A DNA stretch of 64,000 nt from Eledone cirrhosa (lineage: Eukaryota). The notes beneath the pieces were generated by a model, which saw only the letters and a list, made by a program, of their open reading frames with translations, had not been told where the DNA came from and did no database searches. The translations under genes were made by a program, and so were the position numbers. Below, piece by piece: positions 33,241 to 48,414 of this stretch (the stretch's first letter is position 1; each line of letters begins with the position of its first letter). The stretch spans positions 311,674,001 through 311,738,000 of the forward strand of contig OZ024742.1 in the NCBI GenBank assembly GCA_964016885.1, given 5' to 3'.

Positions 33241-33366
33241 GATTTTGAATGTGGTGATAAACTGAGTAACTGTATAGAAATGAAACAAAACCTTGTCTGA
33301 TTGATAAAACATAAAATAAATTCGGAAAATAAATAAAAGGAGCTGGGTTATGAGATGTACAATACT

Positions 33367-33530
33367 TTTCTCCCTCTCCAACCGCTTACTCTCTTTCCAA
33401 CCTCTTACTCTCTCTCTCTTCGACCTCTTACTCTCTCTCTTTCCAACCTCTTACTCTCTCTCTCCGACCTCTTACTCTCTCTCTTTCCAATCTCTTACTC
33501 TCTCTCTCCGACCTCTTACTCTCTCTCAAA
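33367..33530 (+). repeat. ~21-25-bp pyrimidine-rich minisatellite
   Basis: Tandem CC(A/G)ACCTCTTACTCTCTCT units. Confidence 0.8.
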
Positions 33531-33655
33531 CTTCTCTCTCTCCAGCCTCTCCCTCTTTCTCTCTTCCCCTCCCTCTCTCAAACCTTTCTCTCTCTCCTCT
33601 CTCTTCCTCTCTTACTCTCTATCTTTCTTTAACCCCCTCTCTCTTCTACTTTAAC

Positions 33656-33687
<32 letters not shown>

Positions 33688-34319
33688 TCCACTCTCACTC
33701 TCTATCTCTCTCTAACCTGTCTCTCTCTCTCTCACTCTCTCGCCCCCTCTCCCCCTCTTCCTCTCTCCCTCTATCTGACAGTTGTTTTCTTTCACTGATC
33801 ATTTCTTTTTCTATTTCAATCTTTTTTGTTTATTACTTTTCTTTCTTTCTTTCTTACTTTCTTTCTTACTTTCTTTCTTCCTTTCTTTCTTCCTTTCTTT
33901 CTTCCTTTCTTTCTTTCTTTATATATCCCCCACCCATTCTTCTATTGGTATGTATGTATGTATGTATGTATGTATGTATGTATGTATGTATGTATGTATG
34001 TATGTATGTATGTATGTATGTATGTATGTATGTATGTATGTATGTATATATGCATGTATGTATGTAAGTATGTATGTATGTATGTATGTATGTATGTATG
34101 TATGTATGTATGTATATTTCTCTCTCTCTCATCTCTACCTCTCTCTTTATATATACATACTCATATATATATATAATATAATGATAGTGGCAAAGTGCTC
34201 AATAGTTAAAAACCAGAGCTAAACAATGTGTTAAGAAGCCATACAAAACTGAAAAGGTGGTCAAGAAGGCATAACCACCCAAGCCAAAAACCAAATCAAG
34301 CTAAACAGGTCAAAACAAA

Positions 34320-34351
<32 letters not shown>

Positions 34352-34377
34352 ATACATACACATATATGTATATATAC

Positions 34378-34446
<69 letters not shown>

Positions 34447-35674
34447 GGAACCAGTAAGACCCCGAAAGCTGAGCTCAAGCCGTTTCGACGGCTAATTCTG
34501 GACTAAATGAAAATTTATCCTGGTATTTAAATAGCCGATCTTCTCAAGGGGTAATTCCATATATGGTCAAAGTGATTGTCAAAAATCAGTAGTAATTCTG
34601 TGGTTGCAAATTAGTAGGGGAGATGGTGGCTAAACCTGCCAGTAGGAGAAAGAGGGGAGGGGTGGAGTAGACCCAATCAAGCGTTGGTAGTGCCAGCTAC
34701 AGCTGGGCATGAGGTCAAAGAAGATACAGGGGAGGGGGAGGGGGAGGAAGTCGGAACGGTAGGTAGAACAAAGAGGGGTAGAAATAGGAAAGAAAAAATA
34801 CTGAGAGTGAAGAAAAGCAAATAAGTGTAAAGAAAAAAGTAAAGTAAATTAAATTCTACGACCTAGGTGTCAGGCTATTGTTAGGCGAGAATAAAATAAA
34901 GAAAGAAAGAAAGAAGTAAAGAAATAAATAAATAAATAAATAAGGAAATAAGTAAAAGAACTAGGTGGGACGAAAAAGGCAAGGACCCTTTTAAGAGGTA
35001 TAAGTACGTAAATGATACGGTGACGGGTCAACAAAAGGGGCCAAAATACTAAAGAGACTACCACGAAATAAACAATAAAGGTTTCCATCCCGGGCCAGCA
35101 ACGACCCAGTGCAGCAAAGTGAACTTGTACGAGATAATAATTCTGAGTCCCGAGAAAAATATATACTAATGCTAACTCTAAAAGATCTAAAACAAGCTAC
35201 ATGAAAGTTCGTACGAAATAAAGGTAGAATACGGAGAAATAAATTCAGAATCCACCCCGCCCAGAAGAAAAGCGAAGCAAGAAATACTGAAACGAAAAAA
35301 TAAGGCATAAGTGCCACTAAGAAATATAGAGGGCACAGAGAATAGTGGGAGCGGTCGGAAAAAGGGGGCAAGTATCCGGGGTCTAAGCCAACTGCTATAA
35401 AGGGCGGAGTCCGCCAAATCTATCATAGACTAGGGGAGGGGGTGGTCCAGTATTAGCCGTCGAAACGGCTTGAGCTCAGCTGTCGGGGTCTTACTGGTTC
35501 CTATTACCCACTCTACTACCTCAAGTATTGAGTACTTTGGTGCGTTATGGTCCACCTGGTTCCTTACCACATTTCTTTCCTTATCTAGCTCCTACTCCCG
35601 TAGTAGAGCACTTTCCGACCCTACCACGCCGTATCCAGACTTTTCCGCTAAGCTCAATTCATTTCACCCGCACC

Positions 35675-37840
35675 ATGCGAAAACACAACATTGACTTCTC
35701 TACCAAGAACATCCCAATCCCACCGAAAAAACTTTACCTTCGGATGCTCACGCAAAAAATTGATCTATTTGCGAAAAGACTTAGATGGAGAACTTTTTTC
35801 TATGACAGATATTGCGACAACCAAGACTTCGGCACCAAGGAGAGATTCGGATTTATTACCTACAAATCTCCGCCCCTGAACCCCTTGCTCGCACCCTTCG
35901 AGAATGACCTCTTCCAACTGGTCAAGAACATTAAATTTAAAACCAGACACAACCAATTCCTACAAAAACTCCGTAGCAACTTAACAGAGTATGATAACAC
36001 AAATGACATCATGGTGCATTCGGATAAAACTGGGAACCTATACTTTGTCAACCCTGACAGATACCACACACTGATCAGGAGCAGCCTAAACTCCACCTAT
36101 AAAAAGGCCAACCACTCTTGCATCGAGGACATAAATCGAGATGGACAACAAATCACCTCCAGCCTCGGGGTCGCCGACCGCACGGAACCTCTAGACCCAC
36201 GGACACCATACTTCACACTGAAGGACCATAAATCCGATTTTGACCGTAAACCCTCTATCAGGCTTATTAACCCAACGAAGTCCGACATAGGGAGAATCAG
36301 CAAAAAAATCCTAGACCACGTGATACCAAAAGTCAAGCAACACACCCGACTTAGCCTATGGATCAACACCCAGGAAGTAATCTCCTGGTTCAGCAATATG
36401 GAGGATAAACGAGAAACTAAATTCATACAGTTCGACATAGAGAGCTACTATGCTTCAATCACCTTACCGCTACTTACTGCCGCCTTGGACTTCGCCGAAA
36501 CACTCGTGCCCATCACCGACCAGGAAAGAAAAATCATCCTCCACGCCAGGAAGACAGTCTTACTCTTTGACGACTCTAAATGGATAAAAAGAGCTCCCGA
36601 CTCACCCTTCGACGTCAGCATGGGCGCCACGGATTTGGCGGAGGTCACTGATCTTATAGGATTATTCCTAATAGCCAAACTCACTGATATGTTTCCTGCA
36701 TTCGGTGGTGGATTGTACCGTGATGATGGGCTCCTTACCCTTAAAGGGTATAACCCCAGTAGTACAGATCGGGTCCGGAAACAATTAATCAGATTCTTCC
36801 GCGACTGGGGATTTAAAATAACCCTACAAACGTCACTGACCCGAGTAAACTTCCTGGACGTAACCCTCGACCTCGAAAACGACCTGTACTACCCATACAG
36901 GAAACCTAATGACAATCTGCACTACATCCACCGCCGATCAAACCATCCTAGGAACATCACAAACAACCTGGTCAAAAACATCTCCCTCCGCATATCCCGT
37001 TTGTCAGCTAATGAGCGGATATTCGATGAACATGCGCCTTATTACAACCAGGCCCTCAAGCGGAGTGGTTTCCGGGAGGAAATATCCTACTGTCCAGCCC
37101 CCATTAGCGGAACCAGCAGGAGACACCACCGCTCACGCAATGTAACATGGTTCAATCCTCCCCACAACGCAGAGGTGACTACTCCCATCGGGAAACTATT
37201 CTTTAGGCTCATTGAAAAACACTTCCCATTACAACACCGCTACCACAACATAATTAACAAAAATACCATCAAACTCTCTTACAGCACTACACCAAACTTC
37301 GCACAAAACATCGTCTCCTCTAACAACAAAAAACTCAACCCCGATGGCAGAAATAACCTAAATAGCAGTGGAGAACCGACCAGGAGGTGTAACTGCCCGG
37401 ATAGATCTATTTGCCCACTCGACAATAGATGCAGAGACCGTAATGTGATCTACCAGTGCAACGTGAGGACGGATACCTCCAACAAAGCCTATATAGGACT
37501 TACCGCATGTGACTTCAAGACCCGGCTATACCAACATAGACATACCTTCCGAAACCCGGCCCGGCGTCACGCCACTACACTTTCGGGCCACATATGGGAC
37601 CTCAAGGACAACAACATCACCTATGATCTCACTTGGAGATTACTGTCCAGAGCCAATTCTTACACGGGAGGACGCCGTCCGTGCAATTTATGCTCGGAGG
37701 AAACTTTACAAATGCTGTTTTCGACGGACCAACTCCTAAACAAGAAAGATGAACTGGTTACTGCATGTAAACATAGATTGCGTAGGACTTACCTCGCCCT
37801 CAAACCCCATAATGACCCGGGGGGGGGGGGGGTAGACTAG
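35675..37840 (+). CDS. PLE reverse transcriptase / GIY-YIG endonuclease (~721 aa)
   Basis: CACCATG start (MRKHNIDFSTKNIP, matching the MQKQHLNISTKNIP start at 54060); SDKTGN, FIQFDIESYY, DVSMGA, GLYRDDGL, NFLDVT; CxCx5Cx5C linker; VIY..YIGLT..R..QH; terminal CxxC..CKH. Confidence 0.92.
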   Translation: MRKHNIDFSTKNIPIPPKKLYLRMLTQKIDLFAKRLRWRTFFYDRYCDNQDFGTKERFGFITYKSPPLNPLLAPFENDLFQLVKNIKFKTRHNQFLQKLRSNLTEYDNTNDIMVHSDKTGNLYFVNPDRYHTLIRSSLNSTYKKANHSCIEDINRDGQQITSSLGVADRTEPLDPRTPYFTLKDHKSDFDRKPSIRLINPTKSDIGRISKKILDHVIPKVKQHTRLSLWINTQEVISWFSNMEDKRETKFIQFDIESYYASITLPLLTAALDFAETLVPITDQERKIILHARKTVLLFDDSKWIKRAPDSPFDVSMGATDLAEVTDLIGLFLIAKLTDMFPAFGGGLYRDDGLLTLKGYNPSSTDRVRKQLIRFFRDWGFKITLQTSLTRVNFLDVTLDLENDLYYPYRKPNDNLHYIHRRSNHPRNITNNLVKNISLRISRLSANERIFDEHAPYYNQALKRSGFREEISYCPAPISGTSRRHHRSRNVTWFNPPHNAEVTTPIGKLFFRLIEKHFPLQHRYHNIINKNTIKLSYSTTPNFAQNIVSSNNKKLNPDGRNNLNSSGEPTRRCNCPDRSICPLDNRCRDRNVIYQCNVRTDTSNKAYIGLTACDFKTRLYQHRHTFRNPARRHATTLSGHIWDLKDNNITYDLTWRLLSRANSYTGGRRPCNLCSEETLQMLFSTDQLLNKKDELVTACKHRLRRTYLALKPHNDPGGGGVD

Positions 37841-38942
37841 GGCTATAACACCCCACTTGCCGATTTTGCAATGGGTAACCCCTGCTTGCCAAGGATGACG
37901 TAAGATCTTCTTTGTATTCTTTTATCGCTTCCTTTATTTCCTTCCCCCCTCTCTCCTTTGTCCTTCTACCCCAGCTCTTCTCCTTTGTCGGCGTCTTTTC
38001 TCGCCCACCCGAGGCTGCCCTTTGGCCCCATGTAGCCTTAGTACCCCCACCACCCCCTCCCCTAGTCTATGATAGATTTGGCGGACTCCGCCCTTTATAG
38101 CAGTTGGCTTAGACCCCGGATACTTGCCCCCTTTTTCCGACCGCTCCCACTATTCTCTGTGCCTTCTATATTTCTTAGTGGCACTTATGCCTTATTTTTT
38201 CGTTTCAGTATTTCTTGCTTCGCTTTTCTTCTGGGCGGGGTGGATTCTGAATTTATTTCTCCGTATTCTACCTTTATTTCGTACGAACTTTCATGTAGCT
38301 TGTTTTAGATCTTTTAGAGTTAGCATTAGTATATATTTTTCTCGGGACTCAGAATTATTATCTCGTACAAGTTCACTTTACTGCACTGGGTCGTTGCTGG
38401 CCCGGGATGGAAACCTTTATTGTTTATTTCGTGGTAGTCTCTTTAGTATTTTGGCCCCTTTTGTTGACCCGTCACCGTATCATTTACGTACTTATACCTC
38501 TTAAAAGGGTCCTTGCCTTTTTCGTCCCACCTAGTTCTTTTACTTATTTCCTTATTTATTTATTTATTTATTTCTTTACTTCTTTCTTTCTTTCTTTATT
38601 TTATTCTCGCCTAACAATAGCCTGACACCTAGGTCGTAGAATTTAATTTACTTTACTTTTTTCTTTACACTTATTTGCTTTTCTTCACTCTCAGTATTTT
38701 TTCTTTCCTATTTCTACCCCTCTTTGTTCTACCTACCGTTCCGACTTCCTCCCCCTCCCCCTCCCCTGTATCTTCTTTGCCATCATGCCCAGCTGTAGCT
38801 GGCACTACCAACGCTTGATTGGGTCTACTCCACCCCTCCCCTCTTTCTCCTACTGGCAGGTTTAGCCACCATCTCCCCTACTAATTTGCAACCACAGAAT
38901 TACTACTGATTTTTGACAATCACTTTGACCATATATGGAATT

Positions 38943-39036
38943 ACCCCTTGAGAAGATCGGCTATTTAAATACCAGGATAAATTTTCATTTAGTCCAGAAT
39001 TAGCCGTCGAAACGGCTTGAGCTCAGCTGTCGGGGT
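38943..39036 (+). ncRNA. Type I hammerhead ribozyme, U3:A8 core variant
   Basis: ACCCC-TTGAGAA-GA(T)CGGCTA-loop-TAGCCGTC-GAAA-CGGC-ttgagctca-GCTG-TC-GGGGT; copies at 59025-59118(+) and 34459-34552(-). Confidence 0.75.
38962..38995 (+). promoter_or_regulatory. Candidate Pol II core promoter (TATA-like + Inr) inside HHR stem II
   Basis: TATTTAAATA at 38962 and TTAGT with its A at 38991 (29 nt apart); two insertions begin at that A or the next base. Confidence 0.45.
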
Positions 39037-39127
39037 CTTACTGGTTCCTATTACCCACTCTACTACCTCAAGTATTGAGTACTTTGGTGCGTTATGGTCC
39101 ACCTGGTTCCTTACCACATTTCTTTCG

Positions 39128-39160
<33 letters not shown>

Positions 39161-39787
39161 TTTGTGTGTGTGTATGTGTGTGGTTGTCTATGTGTCTGTT
39201 TATGCATTTACCTATCTATGCATCGATCTAACGATTCTCTAAGCTTTTCTTTTTTTCTTTATTATTTATAAGTTCTTTATTAATTTTCTTTCTTTCTTTC
39301 TGTCGTTATTTATTTATTTATTTATTTATTTAATCATATATCTATCTATTATCACTCCCGCTTGTCTATTATTACTACATTCATTGATTTATATGTGGCA
39401 ATCTCCATGGCAACTGTGCCTCCTAATAGAGATGAGGGAACCATAAAAATAAATGTGGAATAGCCATCAATATAGAAAGATCCTACGTTCACTTTAAGCA
39501 CGCTAAATTATACTATAATGGTTGAATCCCTGTTTCCTGTTTCCATTGAAACTAGCCAGCCTTTTACCGGAAGTGACGACTTGCCTTGATGCTCATACTC
39601 TCATTGCTACGATCACGAACACATACTCAAAGATATACACACGCACATTATGTGTGTGTGTATGTATGTATGTATGTATGTATGTATGTATGTATGTATG
39701 TATGTATGTATGTATGTATGTATGTATGTATGTATGTATATGCATGTATATATATATATATATATATGTATGTATATATTTATATAT

Positions 39788-40009
39788 AAACCAGGTGGAC
39801 CATAACCCACCAGAGTACTAGATACTTGGGGTAGTAGAGTGGGTAATATGAAAAGATTCAGGACCCCGACGGCTGAGCTCCATCTAGCTGTCGAAACGGC
39901 CGGAGCTCAGCCGTCGGGGTCCTGAATCTTTTCATATTACCCACTCTACTACCCCAAGTATCGAGTACTCTGGTGGGTTATGGGTCACCTGGTTTTTTAC
40001 CACACCCTA

Positions 40010-40012
<3 letters not shown>
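39788..40012 (+). mobile_element. Mini fold-back of a family-B sister subfamily (also 16997-17147; tail only at 8257-8346)
   Basis: TAGCTGTCGAAACGGCCGGAGCTCAGCCGTCGGGGTC plus the ATTACCCACTCTACTACC tail; palindromic. Confidence 0.75.
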
Positions 40013-40065
<53 letters not shown>

Positions 40066-40178
40066 TAATTTAACGATAGTTATAGCTCTGATTTATCTAA
40101 ATTATTGAGCCCTCAGCCACTCATATCGGATTTGTTTATCGTTATTTCGTGAGCTGATTTTCCGATACTCGATTATTC

Positions 40179-42943
<2,765 letters not shown>

Positions 42944-42964
42944 ATATATATATATATATATATA

Positions 42965-45900
42965 TTTTTTTTCCCCCTATTCTTTGCATTATTCATTGAT
43001 TTATTTACTGTAATTTTTTTCAGCTTTTGAATTTTTGTTTATGTTTTTTCCATGATATCCTGTGTTCATCTCTGATTACGATTTTTTTGTTTTTTGTCCC
43101 TGCGTTCAAGTTGAATACTTTCCTCTCACGATATATTTTTTTGTTATTTTTTTGTTTTTTTGTTTGATTTTCCCTCCTCCGTCTCTGCTCACCCCTTCGC
43201 CCTTACCCCTTCGTCCCCCCAAAAAATCACACCCTTCCCTTCGCCTCTCTCTCCACCCTGCTTTTACTCCACGCCCACCATGCCAAGCCTGAGATCCTTT
43301 CTCCACCAACTCCACACCCGCCTCAAACTTTTCCTCACCCACTCCTCCCACCCTGCTATCTCCCTTCGGCCCTCAATCTCTCCTACCTTCTCTTCGCCAA
43401 AACCCGGCATTCCAACCACATCCATTTGCTCAGCCGCTGCCTCACCTCCACCTCATCCCCCTTGGCTTCCGACTACACTTCCACACCTCCCCCTCCGCTT
43501 CCCCTCCACCCAACGGATCCTCACCCGATCCTCGCGCCTCCTAATGCGCAACTCCATCCGCTCCTCCCTCTCCACCATCTGCAACCTTGACCACAAACTC
43601 ACCCCACCCTCCTCCACCTTAACTCCGCATGCCAGCCCTTCCTCGCCCACTCTATCTTCCCTTTCATCCAAAACCTCAACCACGACCTCTTCTCCTTCCT
43701 CACCTCCACCAAAGCCCTTAAGCTACACCCCGCCCCATCCCCGTGACCATCATCTTGGACGCCGGCACCAGGGCAATTTAGCACCCTGGACACGTTCGTT
43801 GACGCCTGCCGTAGCGCAGTAAATCGCTTCGACTTCCGCCACCGTTCCAAACGGAATAACATCTCACGGGGCGAACTCCTCGCTCTCCGCTCCCTCCGTA
43901 GCCGAGATGACATCGTCATCAAACCGGCGGACAAAGGAGGCGCCGTGGTGGTATGGCGCGCTGACCGCTACACGGCTGAAGCTCTCAGGCAGCTCCGTAA
44001 TCCCCTCTTCTACCGCCCTCTACCCTCTGACCCCACACCCCTCTATCAACAACAAGTTTCCTCCACTATCAAACACCTTGTCTCCTCCTCCCTCCTCCCT
44101 CCCATCGCTTCCCACCTCATCGTCCGCACCCCCGCACCCCTACTATCTACTTCCTCCCCAAACTCCACAAACCTGACAACCCCAGCCGCCCCATCGTCTC
44201 TGCTTGCAACTGCACCACTGAACACATCTCCGCCTTTCTTGACTCCATCCTCGCCCCCCTCGTCACCACCCTCCCCTCTCACATCTCCGACACCAACCAC
44301 GCCCTTCGCCTGTTCGACTCCTTCACTTTCCCACCCGACCCACATCCCCTCCTCTTCGCCCTAGATATCCAGTCCCTCTATACTGTCATCCCCCACGCCG
44401 ACGGCCTTCGTGCCCTCCGGCACTACCTCGACCTTCGCCCCTCCAACCCCCCCCCCCCCCCCATCACCCCCACACCCACCCTCCAAGCTGGTCCTCACCC
44501 TCAACTGCTTCTCCTTCTCGGGTGAGTTTTACCAACAGGTCACTGGGGTAGCCATGGACTCAAGAATGGGCCCAAACTATGCCAACCTTTTCGTTGGCCA
44601 TGTTGAGGCCCAAATCTTTGCCCAGTACACCGGCCCCACGCCCGAACTGTACGGTCGTTACATCGACGACTGTATTGGAGCCACGACCCTCACCCGAGAA
44701 CAGCTCGACTCCTTTCTCTCCTTCTTCTGCGCCTTCCACCCCACCCCCCACTTCACCACATCTATCTCCACCACCCACGTCCACTTCTTAGACATCTCCA
44801 TCGCCATCGACTCCTCCCACCGCTCCCTCATCACCTCCGCCTTCTTCAAACCCACCGACTCCCACTCCTACCTCGACTTCACCTCCTCCCACCCCACACA
44901 CACTAAACACTCTATTCCCTACTCCCAACTCCTCCGGATCCGCAGCCCCTGCAGCCGAGATGCTGATTTTGAGTCCCAAACCCTTTCCCTAGTCAGCCAT
45001 TTCATCCGGCGAGGTTACACCCCCTCTCCCTCGTCCACACCGCCTTCACTCGCGCCCGTGCTGTCCACCGCTCCACCGCTCTCACCCCACGCCACCGCAC
45101 ACCCACCCACCGTCTTCCCTTCCCTCTCACCTACCACCCTTCCACCTTACCCCTCCACCGCACCATCCTCCGCCTCTTCCGACGCCTCCAGTCCGACCCC
45201 CCATTTCCTCTTTCTTCCCATCCCCACCCCTCCCCTCCTTCAAACGCGCACGCAATCTCCGCACCCTCCTCGTCCACAGCTCCCTATCCCCCAATCACGC
45301 TCCCCCCGGTTCACTTCCCTGCTCCAGGCCTCGTTGCCACACCTGCCCCCACATCATCAACACCACCACCTTCCATGGTCCCAATGGCCACTCTCTCTCT
45401 GTCCGACACGCCTTCCGCTGCACCTCCTCCAACCTAGTCTATGGACTTCGCTGCAACCTACGTCGGACAGACTGGACGTCGCCTGGCGGACCGTTTCACG
45501 GAACACCTCCGGGATATTCGCCTCGGCGGGAGTTCCCCGATCGCTCGCCACTTTCGCTCCCCTGGACACTCCGCCCACCACCTCACAGTCTGTGGTCTAC
45601 TCCAATGCCATGGTACACCCGCGACCCGCCTCACGGTCGAACAACGCACCATTTTCACCCCCCCCCCCCTGTCTGAACTCCCCACCCCTATTCCTTTAGC
45701 CTTCGACCGGCCAGCTTCCCCCCACATTCCCCACTAACACCCCTAACACACTTCCCCTTTCACCGCCCCACCCCCTTCGCCCATCCCACAACTAACAATA
45801 CTAACACCCCCTTCCCTTTATCACACTATCCACACCCCCGCTTTCCACCCTTTCCCCACCACACGGAATACTAACACCCACTAACACCTCCTTTACCACA

Positions 45901-46525
45901 CACACACTCATCCAAACACGCACACACACACCAGTACACTACATTCCCTCCTCCGTCCCCAACACCTCTTCCCTCCCCCTCTCTCTCCCTCTCCCCGCTC
46001 CCCTACACCCCTTCACACACATCCCACTAACACCGCTACTAATATACACCCCGTCTCCCCACTTTACCCCCCCCCCCTCACACACCCATCCTATCCCCTG
46101 TCCACCGCACCTCCGCACACACAGTCTACACCACACTGACCTTACTCCACCTGTCATCCAGCTCTGCTGCTACCTCCTCTTCCTTTTCCTCCTCTACTTC
46201 TATCTCTTCACCTTGCCTTGACCCTCTGACCACTTCCTGTTGCGCGCGCACCCCACTTCCCTCCACTTCCGACTACCACCAACATTGGATTCCACACCAC
46301 TGGATACTTTTCCAGCCATCCACTCCATACCATGGAAAATATCCAGCATCCCTTCTCACACTCGATGGAACTACCTCAGCAACTTACCCACGAACATACA
46401 CTCACATTTTTTTCGCACCACGCCACCCACATCCACACCACATATAAACACAAACACACGTGCGTACCCCCACTTATATACACTCTTAACCTCCGGAATC
46501 CAGAACATGGAACCTCGTCCTTCTT

Positions 46526-46576
<51 letters not shown>

Positions 46577-46923
46577 GTACACCTACACACATACACAAAC
46601 ACCACCTTCAGCCTTCCCCGCTTCGACCCCCCGCCTCCCTCGCCCAACTCCACCCGCCACCACCCTTACATGCCTTACACCCTTCCACCACTTGCTCATC
46701 TTATTGTTAATTCTTATGTTTATTTTTCGTTTATTTTTATTTTTATTTTTATTTTTATTTTTATTTTTATTTGTTCTCCTTCCCCCTTTTTTCTAAATGT
46801 ATTTCCTATTTATCCTGAAGAAGGCCTTATTCCCGAAACGTCGTTCCCCCACTCTCAAAAGCGCGAACCTAATAAACCTTTATTTGTCTGCCTCTCTGTT
46901 TTGTTCCCGTATAAATTTGCACT
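42965..46923 (+). mobile_element. C-rich Neptune-like PLE, near full length, frameshifted; 3' HHR at ~46812-46843
   Basis: 3' end CTGAAGA-AGG-ccttatt-CCC-GAAAC-GTC then AATAAA; a related tail lies at 16183-16260(-). Confidence 0.85.
43280..45737 (+). pseudogene. PLE RT + GIY-YIG with multiple frameshifts
   Basis: IKPADKGGAVVVW, LPKLHK, LDIQSLYT, GVAMDSRMGP, GRYIDD, HFLDISI, KPTDSH, YVGQTGRRLADRFTEH. Confidence 0.9.
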
Positions 46924-46940
46924 ATATATATATATATATA

Positions 46941-47802
46941 TTTGACTCTTTCTTCCTCACTTTTCGTTGCTTCACCATCTTTGTTTGTTTACACTCTCGT
47001 GTCCCCTTTATTTACGTGTCCCAACGACTTTTTTTAGCCGTTGCTCGCACCAACCGGAGGTATATGGCCTTTAAAGCGATGAAATACCAATGATGGTTGG
47101 AAGATCACTGATGAAGGACTAACTTTATTCATATGTAACCCATTAGCAACCACGTAGCACGTTTATTCTCATATTTACACATATTTTTCCCCCGCTGTGA
47201 CCCGTCTATTTCGTTCTTACTGCTTCCTCTTTCTCTGTATCTTTACCCTCTCTAACAGTCACTCTCTCTGTTAGCCTCTTCCTCACCCTTCACTCACTCA
47301 CTCTCTGTTACTACCTCTCCTCCTCCTCCTTCTTTCCGTTTGACCTGTGCGTAATTCTTTTCTTTCGCACCTTTGGTCAGGCAGGTTCGCTTTTTCTCTC
47401 TCTCTCGTCTACGATTTCACAGAACTTATGTTCACCGAATTCACAGACCAGATTCCTTCTTCCTCCCGTTAGACCTGTACGGAATTCCTTCCTTGCTCAC
47501 ATTCCAACCAGGTTTGATGGTCTTTATTCTCTCTCGTTCACGATTTCACCGAACTTATATTCATGGAAATTTGGGACTTGACTCTTTCTTCCTCATTTTT
47601 CGTTGCTTCACCATCTTTGTTTGTTTACACTCTCGTGTCCCCTTTATTTACGTGTCCCAACGACTTTTTTTAGCCGTTGCTCGCACCAACCGGAGGTATA
47701 TGGTCTTTAAAGCGATGAAATACCAATGATGGTTGGAAGATCACTGATGAAGGACTAACTTTATTCATATGTAACCCATTAGCAACCACGCAGCACGTTT
47801 AT

Positions 47803-47808
<6 letters not shown>
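46941..47808 (+). mobile_element. ORF-less family X: 636-bp unit with a ~230-bp terminal direct repeat, in (TA)n
   Basis: 46942-47172 is repeated at 47578-47808; no protein motif. Confidence 0.65.
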
Positions 47809-47837
<29 letters not shown>

Positions 47838-48381
47838 CAACACACACACATACACACATACACCCCCCCACAACCCCACACATATATATATATATATACA
47901 GGAATGCAACACACACACATATGCGCACATGTGCATGCGCCCCCTACCCCCACCAATTATTTCTCTCTCCCCAAACTACCAAAACACACCTTTATTTGAA
48001 TATGCGCTACAATCTACGAGTATGTACATGTTATGTTTATCGCATATCGAAGTTTTTTCCTATATTGGTTGATATTTGATATCAACAGTGTAACATACTA
48101 TGTTAACTTTCATAGTAAATATTTTGTCATGACATAACTTTTTCTCCACATATCACTATTTGCCAATTGCTAGTATGTGTATCTAGAGACAGATTTCATA
48201 GGTCATTTTGTTGTAATCACTTTATAATTGTTGAAAGGTGTAAATGCAATATGACCTGCTTGGACTCAAATTGCATTTATGTAATCATTTTAGAGTGGAA
48301 AGAGCTAAACTAATCTCTACAACTAAATTGACCAAATTTTTCCTCTAACCCCAATTCGTAAATGCTTCTACTGCTCCTGTA

Positions 48382-48414
<33 letters not shown>

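Larger units (their letters stand above)
34446..39130 (+). mobile_element. Apparently intact Hydra-type Penelope-like element (family B): 1-kb inverted arm, partial 5' pLTR, ORF, 3' UTR and pLTR
   Basis: 34446-35446 is the reverse complement of ~38050-39049; 35445-35580 is a direct repeat of 38992-39127; uninterrupted ORF; (TA)n flanks. Confidence 0.92.

Noticed and set aside
35528-35674. N-terminal extension of the 770-aa ORF
   Set aside because: It begins at a TTG inside the pLTR repeat. The CACCATG at 35675 aligns with the homologous start at 54060.
47085-47120. SECIS element or C/D-box snoRNA in the family-X motif
   Set aside because: I could not form the required helix between ATGA and GA, there is no associated ORF with an in-frame TGA, and the box spacing is too short.
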